A DNA stretch of 64,000 bases from an uncultured Candidatus Saccharibacteria bacterium (GTDB lineage Bacteria; Patescibacteriota; Minisyncoccia; Phycocordibacterales; GWA1-40-21). The first letter of the stretch is position 1. Each line of letters begins with the position of its first letter. Below, piece after piece: positions 37,701-45,379 of this stretch. The notes under the pieces are model-generated. The model was given only the letters and a program-made list of their open reading frames with translations, was not told the DNA's origin and made no database searches. A program made the translations under genes and the position numbers. The stretch covers positions 11,979 through 75,978 of the forward strand of contig CAZIID010000001.1 in NCBI GenBank assembly GCA_964539415.1, in the 5' to 3' direction.

Positions 37701-38012
37701 TATGATGGAACTAATAATCCATACAATAACAGTATTCCAACAGCTTCTTTGGGTGCTTGGCATTTTGTTGTTGTCGAAAGAAATCTGGCAACTTCTAAGA
37801 TGTCTCTTTATATTGATAATGTAAGTGTCGGAGAATTTGTTGATACAACGATCGGTACTGAACCAGTATACAATGAGCTTTATATAGGCAGAGATGCAGG
37901 CCCAGGATATTTAAAAGGTAAAATGGATGATTTCCGTGTATACGACAGAGTCTTAACAACAGATGAAAAATCTCAGTTGTATAATTCTGGGCTCGGAAAT
38001 GAACTAATATAA
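34788..38012 (+). CDS. Giant secreted surface protein: signal peptide, N/S/T-rich beta-helix-like pseudo-repeats (FNNSS.NNGTV), a conserved central module, and a C-terminal LamG/concanavalin-A-like lectin domain
   Basis: Signal peptide, long repetitive region, and C-terminus (GAWHFVVVERNLATSKMSLYIDNVSVGEF...KGKMDDFRVYDRVLT) typical of LamG-like jelly-roll domains. Paralog of the gene at 42462..45302. Confidence 0.6.
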   Translation: MMSKKFFLYFIFFLVLPLTTALTTNASTLYFKDISETPDFAWDTVANWWTDAEATIPAAALPLNGDVVNIESNLTAGPSIPVSLSVIVVNNVLYDVVFTGASGPAIFNGACGNAGTVDGNAEFNNGSNNYGTVTGDAIFSAESKNNNAALVQGNAIFWGTSKNQGTVTGYATFFDSSINDLGSVGGTGTFNNSSSNNGTVIGAAYFYGSSISEQGSYSADVNFYDSSYNNASTITSATFNGSSRNDINGTIGTAVFNDTSINNGSISILATFNGNSLNTGTVASSDFYGSSYNDYSGNVTTATFNNTSFNNYGTVGTAIFNDSSFNDGSVSTATFNSTSYNNNGTVENATFSGQAYNAGTVTFSYGTMFRNDAAVTTNNGTITTNIGSISGNDGTVTTNSGTIGAQNNIVETNNGTIESNNNFGFITTNNGTVTINSGSVTTNSNTGSIPEIIGVVETNNGSIGQTYNGSSVTDNYGTVSNNNGGTITNNYGTVTDNSTGSVSNNYGTIVLNGNIVSTNMETGIIQTNSAGSISDNIAGGVVGTNDGYIYGGIYTTFVVNDNGYIEGGSFCQSQAETGGTINAGTFSISNSRCYNAAPGISISPTNLSVLNSWTPGLSFATSTSCSYKIDSGNYVSLNCASPSIPAPSNFPHLLTIVAENQYRTATSTLSFIYSTLLGIFTGSLTPYAVPAPTYHTLTDIYNVIMSGTPSTAGNHTLSTSQTPNATTGHSTSEIYVRLANLIDASTIKPGITYLGVTGGGETPDPIDLPTSSLTPTGTPNDRTGFSLEDIYQLVKNNVRVTSSTHSTSTSAHPTATTTHSIEDVYRTLTALVQPGNILLGDSYLGVEGAYVPMEGLAIQYRMNDNTASTVVVDTSDNAINASSSRNTSLIHTDSGNPPSLNGAFAFNGTSDGVTVLDSATFTNNFTIAFWYYADSDSTGTRSLYWIHVPGYNNYFSQLSMAHNLNVYGWSNYDGTNNPYNNSIPTASLGAWHFVVVERNLATSKMSLYIDNVSVGEFVDTTIGTEPVYNELYIGRDAGPGYLKGKMDDFRVYDRVLTTDEKSQLYNSGLGNELI

Positions 38013-38030
38013 TAGTCGATGCCTAAAATT

Positions 38031-38058
38031 TAAAAACCACACCAGAAGGTGTGGTTTT
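38031..38058. terminator. Bidirectional terminator (CCACACC-AGAA-GGTGTGG)
   Basis: Seen directly in the sequence, between convergent genes. Confidence 0.7.
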
Positions 38059-39098
38059 TATAATAGTTTGCCAGAACCCTTTATGTTCAAATGTCTTTTT
38101 GCTCTTTCTGTTATAACTCTCCCTCTCGAAGTTCTTTCTATAAAACCAAGTTGTAGTAGATATGGTTCGTAGACATCTTCTATTGTGGCTTGCTCTTCTG
38201 ATAGGGCAGCGGCGAGTGTGTTTAGCCCCACTGGGCCACCATTAAATTTTTCTTCCATCACTTTTAGTAATGTTCTGTCTGCTTGAGTAAGTCCGACTTC
38301 ATCTATACAAAGCAAGTCTAAAGCCTCATCTACCATCTTTTTGGAAAGCTTTTCACCTCGCACTTGAGCCATATCACGACATCTTTTCAGTAAATAATTT
38401 GCAGTTCTTGGGGTAAACCTGCTTCTAACTGCTATTTCTTTTATGGCCTCCTCATCTATTTCAACATCAAGTATTTTTGCAGACCTTTTTACTATTTGTC
38501 CTATTTCTTCATTTGTATAAAATTCTAGTTTGAAAACTCCTCCAGAAAATCTTGAACGTAGTGGAGCAGAGAGAAGAGCGATTCGTGTTGTCGCTGCGAT
38601 AAGTGTAAAAGGTGGAAGCTCAAGCTGTATGGTTCGAGCTGATGGACCTTTACCGATAATAATATCAAGTGAGCCCGACTCCATAGCGGGGTAGAGAACT
38701 TCTTCTATTGCTTTGTTGAGTCTGTGTATCTCGTCAATAAATAAAATATCGTTAGGAGCTAGGTTTGTAAGAATAGATGCCAAATCACCAACTTTTTCTA
38801 TGGCTGGTCCTGATGTTATTTTTATTTGAGCGTTAGTTTCTTTTGCTATAAGGTGTGCGAGAGTCGTTTTTCCAAGTCCAGGTGGGCCGTAAAATAAAAT
38901 ATGTTCTGGTGTGTGATTCCTTTGTTTGGCTGCAGTAAGTAAAATATGAAGATTATCTTTGATGTTTTTTTGACCTATGTATTCATTCCAAGAGGAAGGT
39001 CTAAGGGTCTGGTCTAAATGAGTGGTGTCTGTGCTTTCACGGCTTAAAACCTCATCATTTTCACAGGATTCTTTTTTAATGTTATTTTTGCTTGACAT
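38058..39098 (-). CDS. ruvB: Holliday junction branch-migration helicase RuvB
   Basis: Walker [12 protein letters not shown], sensor and arginine-finger regions, and the C-terminal winged helix. Confidence 0.9.
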   Translation of the reverse strand: MSSKNNIKKESCENDEVLSRESTDTTHLDQTLRPSSWNEYIGQKNIKDNLHILLTAAKQRNHTPEHILFYGPPGLGKTTLAHLIAKETNAQIKITSGPAIEKVGDLASILTNLAPNDILFIDEIHRLNKAIEEVLYPAMESGSLDIIIGKGPSARTIQLELPPFTLIAATTRIALLSAPLRSRFSGGVFKLEFYTNEEIGQIVKRSAKILDVEIDEEAIKEIAVRSRFTPRTANYLLKRCRDMAQVRGEKLSKKMVDEALDLLCIDEVGLTQADRTLLKVMEEKFNGGPVGLNTLAAALSEEQATIEDVYEPYLLQLGFIERTSRGRVITERAKRHLNIKGSGKLL

Positions 39099-39452
39099 AA
39101 TTCCATTTTATGCTATACTCTTATTAGAGCCTAACGAGAAGGCTTTTTTCATTCCTTTTACGTAGTGTTTGCAAAAATATTATTGTTCAGGTTGTAAATC
39201 TCTAAACAATTATGCTCGAAAGAGTTTACGAGTTTTTTTTCAAGGACATTTTGGTTCTATTTCTTCGGAAATTTTGCTGAGGTTATCCTTAAAGACTAAT
39301 TTAACTTTTTACCGCCAGGTTTAAAGTATTGTTTAGAGATTTATGTCTTGAACTAAAATCACCGCTTTGTGGCCCCGCCATAAGGCGGTGATTTATTCTT
39401 ATATTATTCTGACAAAAAACTTTTGCAACTGTTGAAAACCTTTAAGACACAT

Positions 39453-41135
39453 TTAATCTTCTGATTCAAGGTCTATCACACGGGAGAGTTCATCGAAGGT
39501 GCTTACACCTTTCAAAACTTTTAATGTTCCGTCTTGTCTCATATCTAAAATATTTTGTGGGAGAGCTGCTTTTTTTATATCTCTGTCACTTGGGTTTGAA
39601 ACGATAGCTTCTGTTACTTCTTTTGTTGTAAGTATGGCTTCACATATAGCTACTCTTCCTTTGTATCCAGTGTTGTGACATTTTTCACAACCTTTTGATT
39701 CCCAAACTTTTTCCATTTGAACTCCTTCAATATATGTTTTGTCTGTAATACCTTCTATGATTTTTTTTACAAGTTCTTTTTCTTTTTCATCCATCACTCT
39801 TTCTTGCCTACAAGACAAACAAAGTTTTCTTATAAGTCTTTGCGCCATTGTAATATTTACAGCGGAAGAAATAATTTTAGGATTTACTTTAAGATCTATA
39901 AGGCGGGGGAAGGCACCAGCTGCACTATTTGTGTGAAGTGTTGAAAAAACTAAGTGACCTGTAAGTGCTGAGTTGATCGCGATGGCCGCTGTTTCTGTGT
40001 CACGGATTTCTCCCACCATAATAACGTCTGGATCTTGTCGCAGTGCTGCTCGAAGTCCTGAAAGAAAAGTATATCCCTTTTCTTCTTCAACTTGCGTTTG
40101 AACAACTCCAGGAAGATGGTATTCAATCGGGTCTTCAATCGTGATAATTTTTATTTCAGAAGAAAAGATTTTTCTCATAAAGGCATATAAGGTAGTGGTT
40201 TTACCAGAACCTGTAGGACCAGTGATAAGAAGCATACCGTTTGGCTTTTGGATTTGTTCAAGCAAAATATCTAGAGTTCTTTTTTCTATACCAAGCTCTT
40301 CGAGGGGAACAGAAATAGATTTTGGATTGAGGATTCTCATAACCACGGATTCGTTGTAAGCACCAGGTAATATGGATGTTCTTATTTGAATATCATTTTC
40401 TTGAATCTCTACGCTAAATCTTCCGTCTTGAGATTCACTTATGACGTTAAGTTTTAAACCAGAGAGAAGTTTAATTCTTGAAAGGAGAAGTTTATATGTT
40501 GGTTTATCAAATTGGGTTATGTTTAAAAGGACTCCATCAAGTCTGTATCTCATTCGGATAAATTCTTCTTCGGGCTCTATGTGAATATCAGAAGCTTTTA
40601 GAGCGAGTGCTCCAGCAAGCATGATTTCTAATATTTTTGAAATTCGGTATGTTTGTTTTATTCCCATCAATCCTTCTACTTTTGTTTGGACATCTTGGAT
40701 TGATTTAATTTCACTTATAAGTGTCGTGACGCTTTCGTTTGCAATATCAAAAGTTCCTGCTCGGCTTGCTGATGAGCCAGATATTTCACTGTATCTTCCC
40801 CAAGCTTTTTCTAAACTCGCTGTGGAGACTACACTAAGAGTAGGGAAGTAATTGTCTTCTTCAAGTTTTTTGATTACTTGAGCGGTTTTGTCGGCACCAG
40901 GTGCAAGAACTGCCACTTGGATTCTCCTGTCTGTTATATCAAATACGGCAACCTTTGTGTCACGAGCTGTTTCTTCGGGTAATAGTCTAAGTGCTTCTGA
41001 GTTAATAGCAACAGGCCCAAGATCAAGATAGTTTAAACCATATCTAACAGCAAGAATTTTGGCGACTTCCTCTTCTTCTTTCGCTCTAAGTTCTGCTATA
41101 CGAGCTTTTTGTTTTTCTTCATCAAATTGGACCAT
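39453..41135 (-). CDS. GspE/PilB-family secretion or pilus-assembly ATPase (stand-alone paralog)
   Basis: Walker A GPTGSGKTTT, Asp and His boxes, and the C-terminal tetracysteine motif (CLSC...CEKC). Confidence 0.8.
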   Translation of the reverse strand: MVQFDEEKQKARIAELRAKEEEEVAKILAVRYGLNYLDLGPVAINSEALRLLPEETARDTKVAVFDITDRRIQVAVLAPGADKTAQVIKKLEEDNYFPTLSVVSTASLEKAWGRYSEISGSSASRAGTFDIANESVTTLISEIKSIQDVQTKVEGLMGIKQTYRISKILEIMLAGALALKASDIHIEPEEEFIRMRYRLDGVLLNITQFDKPTYKLLLSRIKLLSGLKLNVISESQDGRFSVEIQENDIQIRTSILPGAYNESVVMRILNPKSISVPLEELGIEKRTLDILLEQIQKPNGMLLITGPTGSGKTTTLYAFMRKIFSSEIKIITIEDPIEYHLPGVVQTQVEEEKGYTFLSGLRAALRQDPDVIMVGEIRDTETAAIAINSALTGHLVFSTLHTNSAAGAFPRLIDLKVNPKIISSAVNITMAQRLIRKLCLSCRQERVMDEKEKELVKKIIEGITDKTYIEGVQMEKVWESKGCEKCHNTGYKGRVAICEAILTTKEVTEAIVSNPSDRDIKKAALPQNILDMRQDGTLKVLKGVSTFDELSRVIDLESED

Positions 41136-41168
41136 ACTGTGCTTGATTATATCATAGAAGTTCTCTAG

Positions 41169-41209
41169 GTGTCACATTTTTGAAAAATAGTTTCAAAAAT
41201 GTGACACCT
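41169..41209. repeat. Perfect 18-bp-arm palindrome GGTGTCACATTTTTGAAA...TTTCAAAAATGTGACACC in a divergent promoter region
   Basis: Seen directly in the sequence. Confidence 0.7.
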
Positions 41210-41320
41210 TGTCTTTGCGAGAAGCGAAGCGTTTACCCCGTGAAATTTCTTTGTATTTCATTGGGGACGAAGCAAACCAGTTTTAAGATGGATTACTTCG
41301 GAAGGTCTTGCAGAGACAAA
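41210..41320. mobile_element. Miniature repeat in reverse orientation (GTCTTTGCGAG...CGAAGCAAACCAG) carrying a nested approximately 45-bp GTTTACCCCGTGAAATTTC...GGGGA insert
   Basis: Reverse complement of the 19231/25185 unit. The nested insert matches 47951-47990. Confidence 0.55.
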
Positions 41321-41458
41321 TAAAAAAAGAAGATTGTTGGTAGTTGCTTTTTATAACTATATATGGTATAATACTAGTAGGTTAATAAAGTACATAAAAA
41401 GCCTAAAAACAGTGTTTTTGGCTTAAAATATCAAAAATCAAAAAGAAGGAGTGGTAAG

Positions 41459-41848
41459 ATGAAGAAAGTAGTTGTTGGTCTGTTTGGTTTTCTTGTGGTT
41501 CTGGTACTTCTCTCTGTGTGTGGTTGTGAAGAAACAGACGCCCACAAGAACAGCGACAGTAACAGAGACAATTATTACGGCAACAACGATTCTGGCAGAA
41601 GTATCACTGTCAGAGTTGAGAATCAGTCGCCTTACGATATCATTGTTTACAAAGGTGACTCTCGTTATGCAACACTTGAATCTGGTGCTGGGGTTAGCGT
41701 ATATGCTTACCTAGTTTCGGATCAAGAGTTGTCGGTCGCTGTTTCCACACCAGTCTTTGGTGTTAGGAAAAATTTTGATAGGTATGACTCTTATTCCAAC
41801 TTTGTAGTCTATGAAAGTGATTACAGTGTGGAGTCTGAACAATATTGA
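41459..41848 (+). CDS. Putative lipoprotein (signal peptide with a lipobox-like Cys)
   Basis: LLSVCGCEE after a hydrophobic signal segment. Confidence 0.45.
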   Translation: MKKVVVGLFGFLVVLVLLSVCGCEETDAHKNSDSNRDNYYGNNDSGRSITVRVENQSPYDIIVYKGDSRYATLESGAGVSVYAYLVSDQELSVAVSTPVFGVRKNFDRYDSYSNFVVYESDYSVESEQY

Positions 41849-41906
41849 AGTAGCATTTTTGCCCGGGGAGAAACTAGTTTTCTCTTCGGGCATTTTTTGT
41901 TAGTAT

Positions 41907-42347
41907 ATGAGGATGATAATCACAAGTAAGAGTGTAGAACAGACAGGAGAGGTAGCCAAGGAGTTTTTACAGAAAGTATCTCACGGTGTATATACCGGAG
42001 CTCTTGTTGTTGGTCTTTATGGGGATTTGGGTTCTGGAAAGACTACTTTTACTCAGGCGTTTGCAAAACATTTGGGAATCACCAACAATATTACTAGTCC
42101 AACTTTTGTTATAGAGAAGATTTACAAGATTGAAAATAGTCCATTTGAAAATCTTATTCATATTGATGCATACAGACTAGAAAATTCTAAAGAACTTTCA
42201 ATGCTTTCTTGGCAGGAGCAGGTAACGAATCCTAAAAACCTTATTCTCATAGAATGGCCAGAAAGGGTAGTTGATATCTTGCCAGAAAATCACGCGAAAA
42301 TTATGTTTAAGTTTATTTCTGAAACTGAAAGGGAAATCGAGATTTAA
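41907..42347 (+). CDS. tsaE: tRNA threonylcarbamoyladenosine biosynthesis protein TsaE
   Basis: P-loop GDLGSGKTTF and the typical length of about 150 aa. Confidence 0.75.
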   Translation: MRMIITSKSVEQTGEVAKEFLQKVSHGVYTGALVVGLYGDLGSGKTTFTQAFAKHLGITNNITSPTFVIEKIYKIENSPFENLIHIDAYRLENSKELSMLSWQEQVTNPKNLILIEWPERVVDILPENHAKIMFKFISETEREIEI

Positions 42348-42364
42348 AAATAAGAAGGACATGA

Positions 42365-42407
42365 AAAAAGAGGATTTTGCAAAGCAAAATCCTCTTTTGT
42401 TTTTTTT
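42365..42407 (+). terminator. Rho-independent terminator (AGAGGATTTTGC-AAA-GCAAAATCCTCT followed by T8)
   Basis: Seen directly in the sequence. Confidence 0.7.
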
Positions 42408-42461
42408 GAAAAAACCATGATATAATAAACTCAATTAATTAATAACTACAAGACTTATTAA

Positions 42462-45302
42462 ATGAAAAAACAAAACAAAATAATCTTTTCTTTTCTAGTT
42501 TCTATCATCCTATTTTTGGGATTTAGTTTTTCAAATACTTATGCCGCTACTTTGTATTTTAATAATAACACAGGAGATGGTACTTGGGATACTTCTGAAA
42601 ATTGGTGGAGCGATGTATCAATGCAGACCCCCGCTGGATCAATTCCAAGTAATGGAGACGCTGTCTACATTGCCGCAGATATTTGCACAGGACCATCTCA
42701 GACTGTAAATCTGGACCATGTATATGTGGCTGATGAAAGTACTGGAGGAGGAAACTTTACTGTTAATTTGTCGAATGCTGTGAGTGATGTCACTTTTAAT
42801 AATGGTTCCTATAATTACTACGGCAGCGCGATTACTGGAAATGTTACTTTTACCGGCAGTTCTTATCCATTTAATCCTATAAGCCAAGACTTCTTCTACG
42901 GAGGCTCTGTGACTGGTTCAGTAACCTTTACGGCAGACAATGTCACTTTTACTATCGGGGATGGCCAATACTGGAATATGGACACTTCTTCGTGGATTTT
43001 TACAGGAGTAGGTACACCAACGTGGATTTTTAATGGAGGAACTTTAAACAGTACAACTATTAATGGTAATGCTATTTTTAATTTTGGTTCTTATAGTTAT
43101 TCTTCGAAAGTGGATGGTAATGCTACATTTACTGGAACTTCATATTCAAATGATCCGACAGGAGTTGATATGCAAGTTAATGGTTCGGGTGTTACTGGAA
43201 CCGTAACCTTCACCGGGGATAATGTAACTTTTTCAGTCAGTAACTTTGTATGGCAGACTGAGGCGTCATCATGGATTTTTACAGGAGAAGGGACACCCAC
43301 CTGGACCTTTGAAAGTGGGTCAGATTTAAATTATGGAACGATACATGGTAATGCCGTTTTTAAGGCTGGTTCAATTTTTAGTTACGGAACCGTAGTAGGT
43401 GATGTCACTTTTTACGGAAGTTCACAAAATGGAAATAGAATAGAAGGTAGTGCGATCTTTAATGGAAGTTCATATTTAAACGACCCGACAAGGGATCCCA
43501 ATGTGGGAAGTTCGGCGGGAATCACCGGGACAGTTACTTTTACAGGGAATAATGTCACTTTTACATTAGAAAGTGAGCATACTTGGGATTCGGACACATC
43601 ATCATGGATTTTTACAGGTAGTGGTGCTCCTCTATTAATAAACGAAAGTTCGATAAATGGCGGAACTTTTTTTATCCCGATTAGAAATGATAACACTATA
43701 GAAGGTGGAATATTTCATGGTTCGATAACAAATAATAATTATATATATAATGGCAGTTTTTATTCCCTCGTAACAAACAATGGAACAATTTACGGTGGAT
43801 CATTTTGTCAGTCTCAGGCCGAAACAGGCGGTTCAATAGAGGATTATAACGGAGTTACTTTTGGAATAAGCAACCCTCTCTGTTACAACACTCCCACTTC
43901 CATCATTGTTAATTCTCCAACAAATCTTTCCGTCCTTTCTTCGTGGTCCCCATCAATCTCTTTCACTGGCTCTCCAACAACGTGTAAATATAAAATGGAC
44001 AGTGATGACTATGTAACACTTGATTGTAATTCCATGTCTATTCCTACACCAACTGAGTGGCCACACTTACTTACTGTGACAGCAGAAAGTCCATATGGTG
44101 GATCTACTTCAACAATCTCTTTTATCTTCTCTACTCTACTTGGTAATTTCACAGGTTCTCTCTCACCAATCGCATTACCTGCACCAACTCACCACACACT
44201 TGGAGACATATACAACGTAATAGTAGAGGGAACACCATCAGAGACAAATGATCATACTCTCTCAACTACTACAACTCCTACAGCAACCACCACACACTCA
44301 ACAAGTGAGATATACGCACGTCTTGCAAACCTTATTGATGCATCAACTATCAAATCAGGAGTAACATACCTTGGTGTCACAGGAGGAGGAGAGACACCAG
44401 AGCCAATTGAGATTATACCAACATCACTTACACCACTTCTCACACCAAATGACAGAACAGGTTTCTCTCTTGAAGATATATACCAACTCGTAAAGAACAA
44501 TGTAAGAGTTACTTCATCAACTCATGATATTACAAACTCGTCCACTGTCGGTCTAACTCAACATTCTATTGAAGATATCTATAGAACTCTTACTGCTCTG
44601 ATACAGCCGGGGAATGTTTTACTTGGAGAGAGTTATTTGGGGGTGGAGGGAGCTTATGATCCAAGACCGATTGCACAGTGGAAGATGAATGATAATGCTG
44701 GGTCTACAACAGTCCTAGACAGTTCAGGAAATGGACTTGACGGAACTGCAATACAGAATACGAGTGTTATTCATGCGACGGGTGTTGTGGGCGGGGCGTT
44801 GAGTTTTGATGGTGTGAGTGACACTGTATCAATAAATAATTTTACTATGGATGCAGATTGGTCAATTGATGGTTGGATTAAACCGACGATTAATCAAGTT
44901 GGTGCGATAATTTCACAATCAACTGATAGTAATAACAATGCGGTCATATTTCTCCAAGGTGCCAATAATGGAGAACTAACATTTTATGTTAATTCAGAGG
45001 GAAATAACGTCGTAAACGTTGCTTCTGCTGGAGGATTTAATTTGAATGAGTGGAAGCATTTTGTTTTAGCTTATGATGGAATTGATTATCATTTTTATAT
45101 TAATGGTGTTGAAGGGACTACTGTGTATAATAATGCTCAGTCGTGGGGTAGTTATAGTGGAAACTTGGTTCTAGGACATCGTGATATGGATGATAGTTAC
45201 TATTTTGGTGGTTTAATGGACGATGTAAGAGTCTATAACAGAGCTTTATCACAAGAAGAAATCAGTGCACTCTATAATTCAGGTAACGGAACAGAGAATT
45301 AA
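42462..45302 (+). CDS. Giant secreted surface protein; paralog of the gene at 34788..38012 (beta-helix-like repeats, conserved central module, LamG-like C-terminal domain)
   Basis: Shares the N-terminal ATLYF...W.T..NWW.D motif, the approximately 285-aa central module and the LamG-like C-terminus (WKHFVLAYDGIDYHFYINGVEG...LMDDVRVYNRALS). Confidence 0.6.
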   Translation: MKKQNKIIFSFLVSIILFLGFSFSNTYAATLYFNNNTGDGTWDTSENWWSDVSMQTPAGSIPSNGDAVYIAADICTGPSQTVNLDHVYVADESTGGGNFTVNLSNAVSDVTFNNGSYNYYGSAITGNVTFTGSSYPFNPISQDFFYGGSVTGSVTFTADNVTFTIGDGQYWNMDTSSWIFTGVGTPTWIFNGGTLNSTTINGNAIFNFGSYSYSSKVDGNATFTGTSYSNDPTGVDMQVNGSGVTGTVTFTGDNVTFSVSNFVWQTEASSWIFTGEGTPTWTFESGSDLNYGTIHGNAVFKAGSIFSYGTVVGDVTFYGSSQNGNRIEGSAIFNGSSYLNDPTRDPNVGSSAGITGTVTFTGNNVTFTLESEHTWDSDTSSWIFTGSGAPLLINESSINGGTFFIPIRNDNTIEGGIFHGSITNNNYIYNGSFYSLVTNNGTIYGGSFCQSQAETGGSIEDYNGVTFGISNPLCYNTPTSIIVNSPTNLSVLSSWSPSISFTGSPTTCKYKMDSDDYVTLDCNSMSIPTPTEWPHLLTVTAESPYGGSTSTISFIFSTLLGNFTGSLSPIALPAPTHHTLGDIYNVIVEGTPSETNDHTLSTTTTPTATTTHSTSEIYARLANLIDASTIKSGVTYLGVTGGGETPEPIEIIPTSLTPLLTPNDRTGFSLEDIYQLVKNNVRVTSSTHDITNSSTVGLTQHSIEDIYRTLTALIQPGNVLLGESYLGVEGAYDPRPIAQWKMNDNAGSTTVLDSSGNGLDGTAIQNTSVIHATGVVGGALSFDGVSDTVSINNFTMDADWSIDGWIKPTINQVGAIISQSTDSNNNAVIFLQGANNGELTFYVNSEGNNVVNVASAGGFNLNEWKHFVLAYDGIDYHFYINGVEGTTVYNNAQSWGSYSGNLVLGHRDMDDSYYFGGLMDDVRVYNRALSQEEISALYNSGNGTEN

Positions 45303-45311
45303 AATATCTTT

Positions 45312-45350
45312 AAAACACCCCACAGGAAGCTCTGTTTTTCTGTGGGGTAT
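45312..45350 (+). terminator. Rho-independent terminator (CCCCACAG...CTGTGGGG)
   Basis: Seen directly in the sequence. Confidence 0.65.
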
Positions 45351-45379
45351 TTTTCTTTTAGTTTGTTATAATACCTAAT

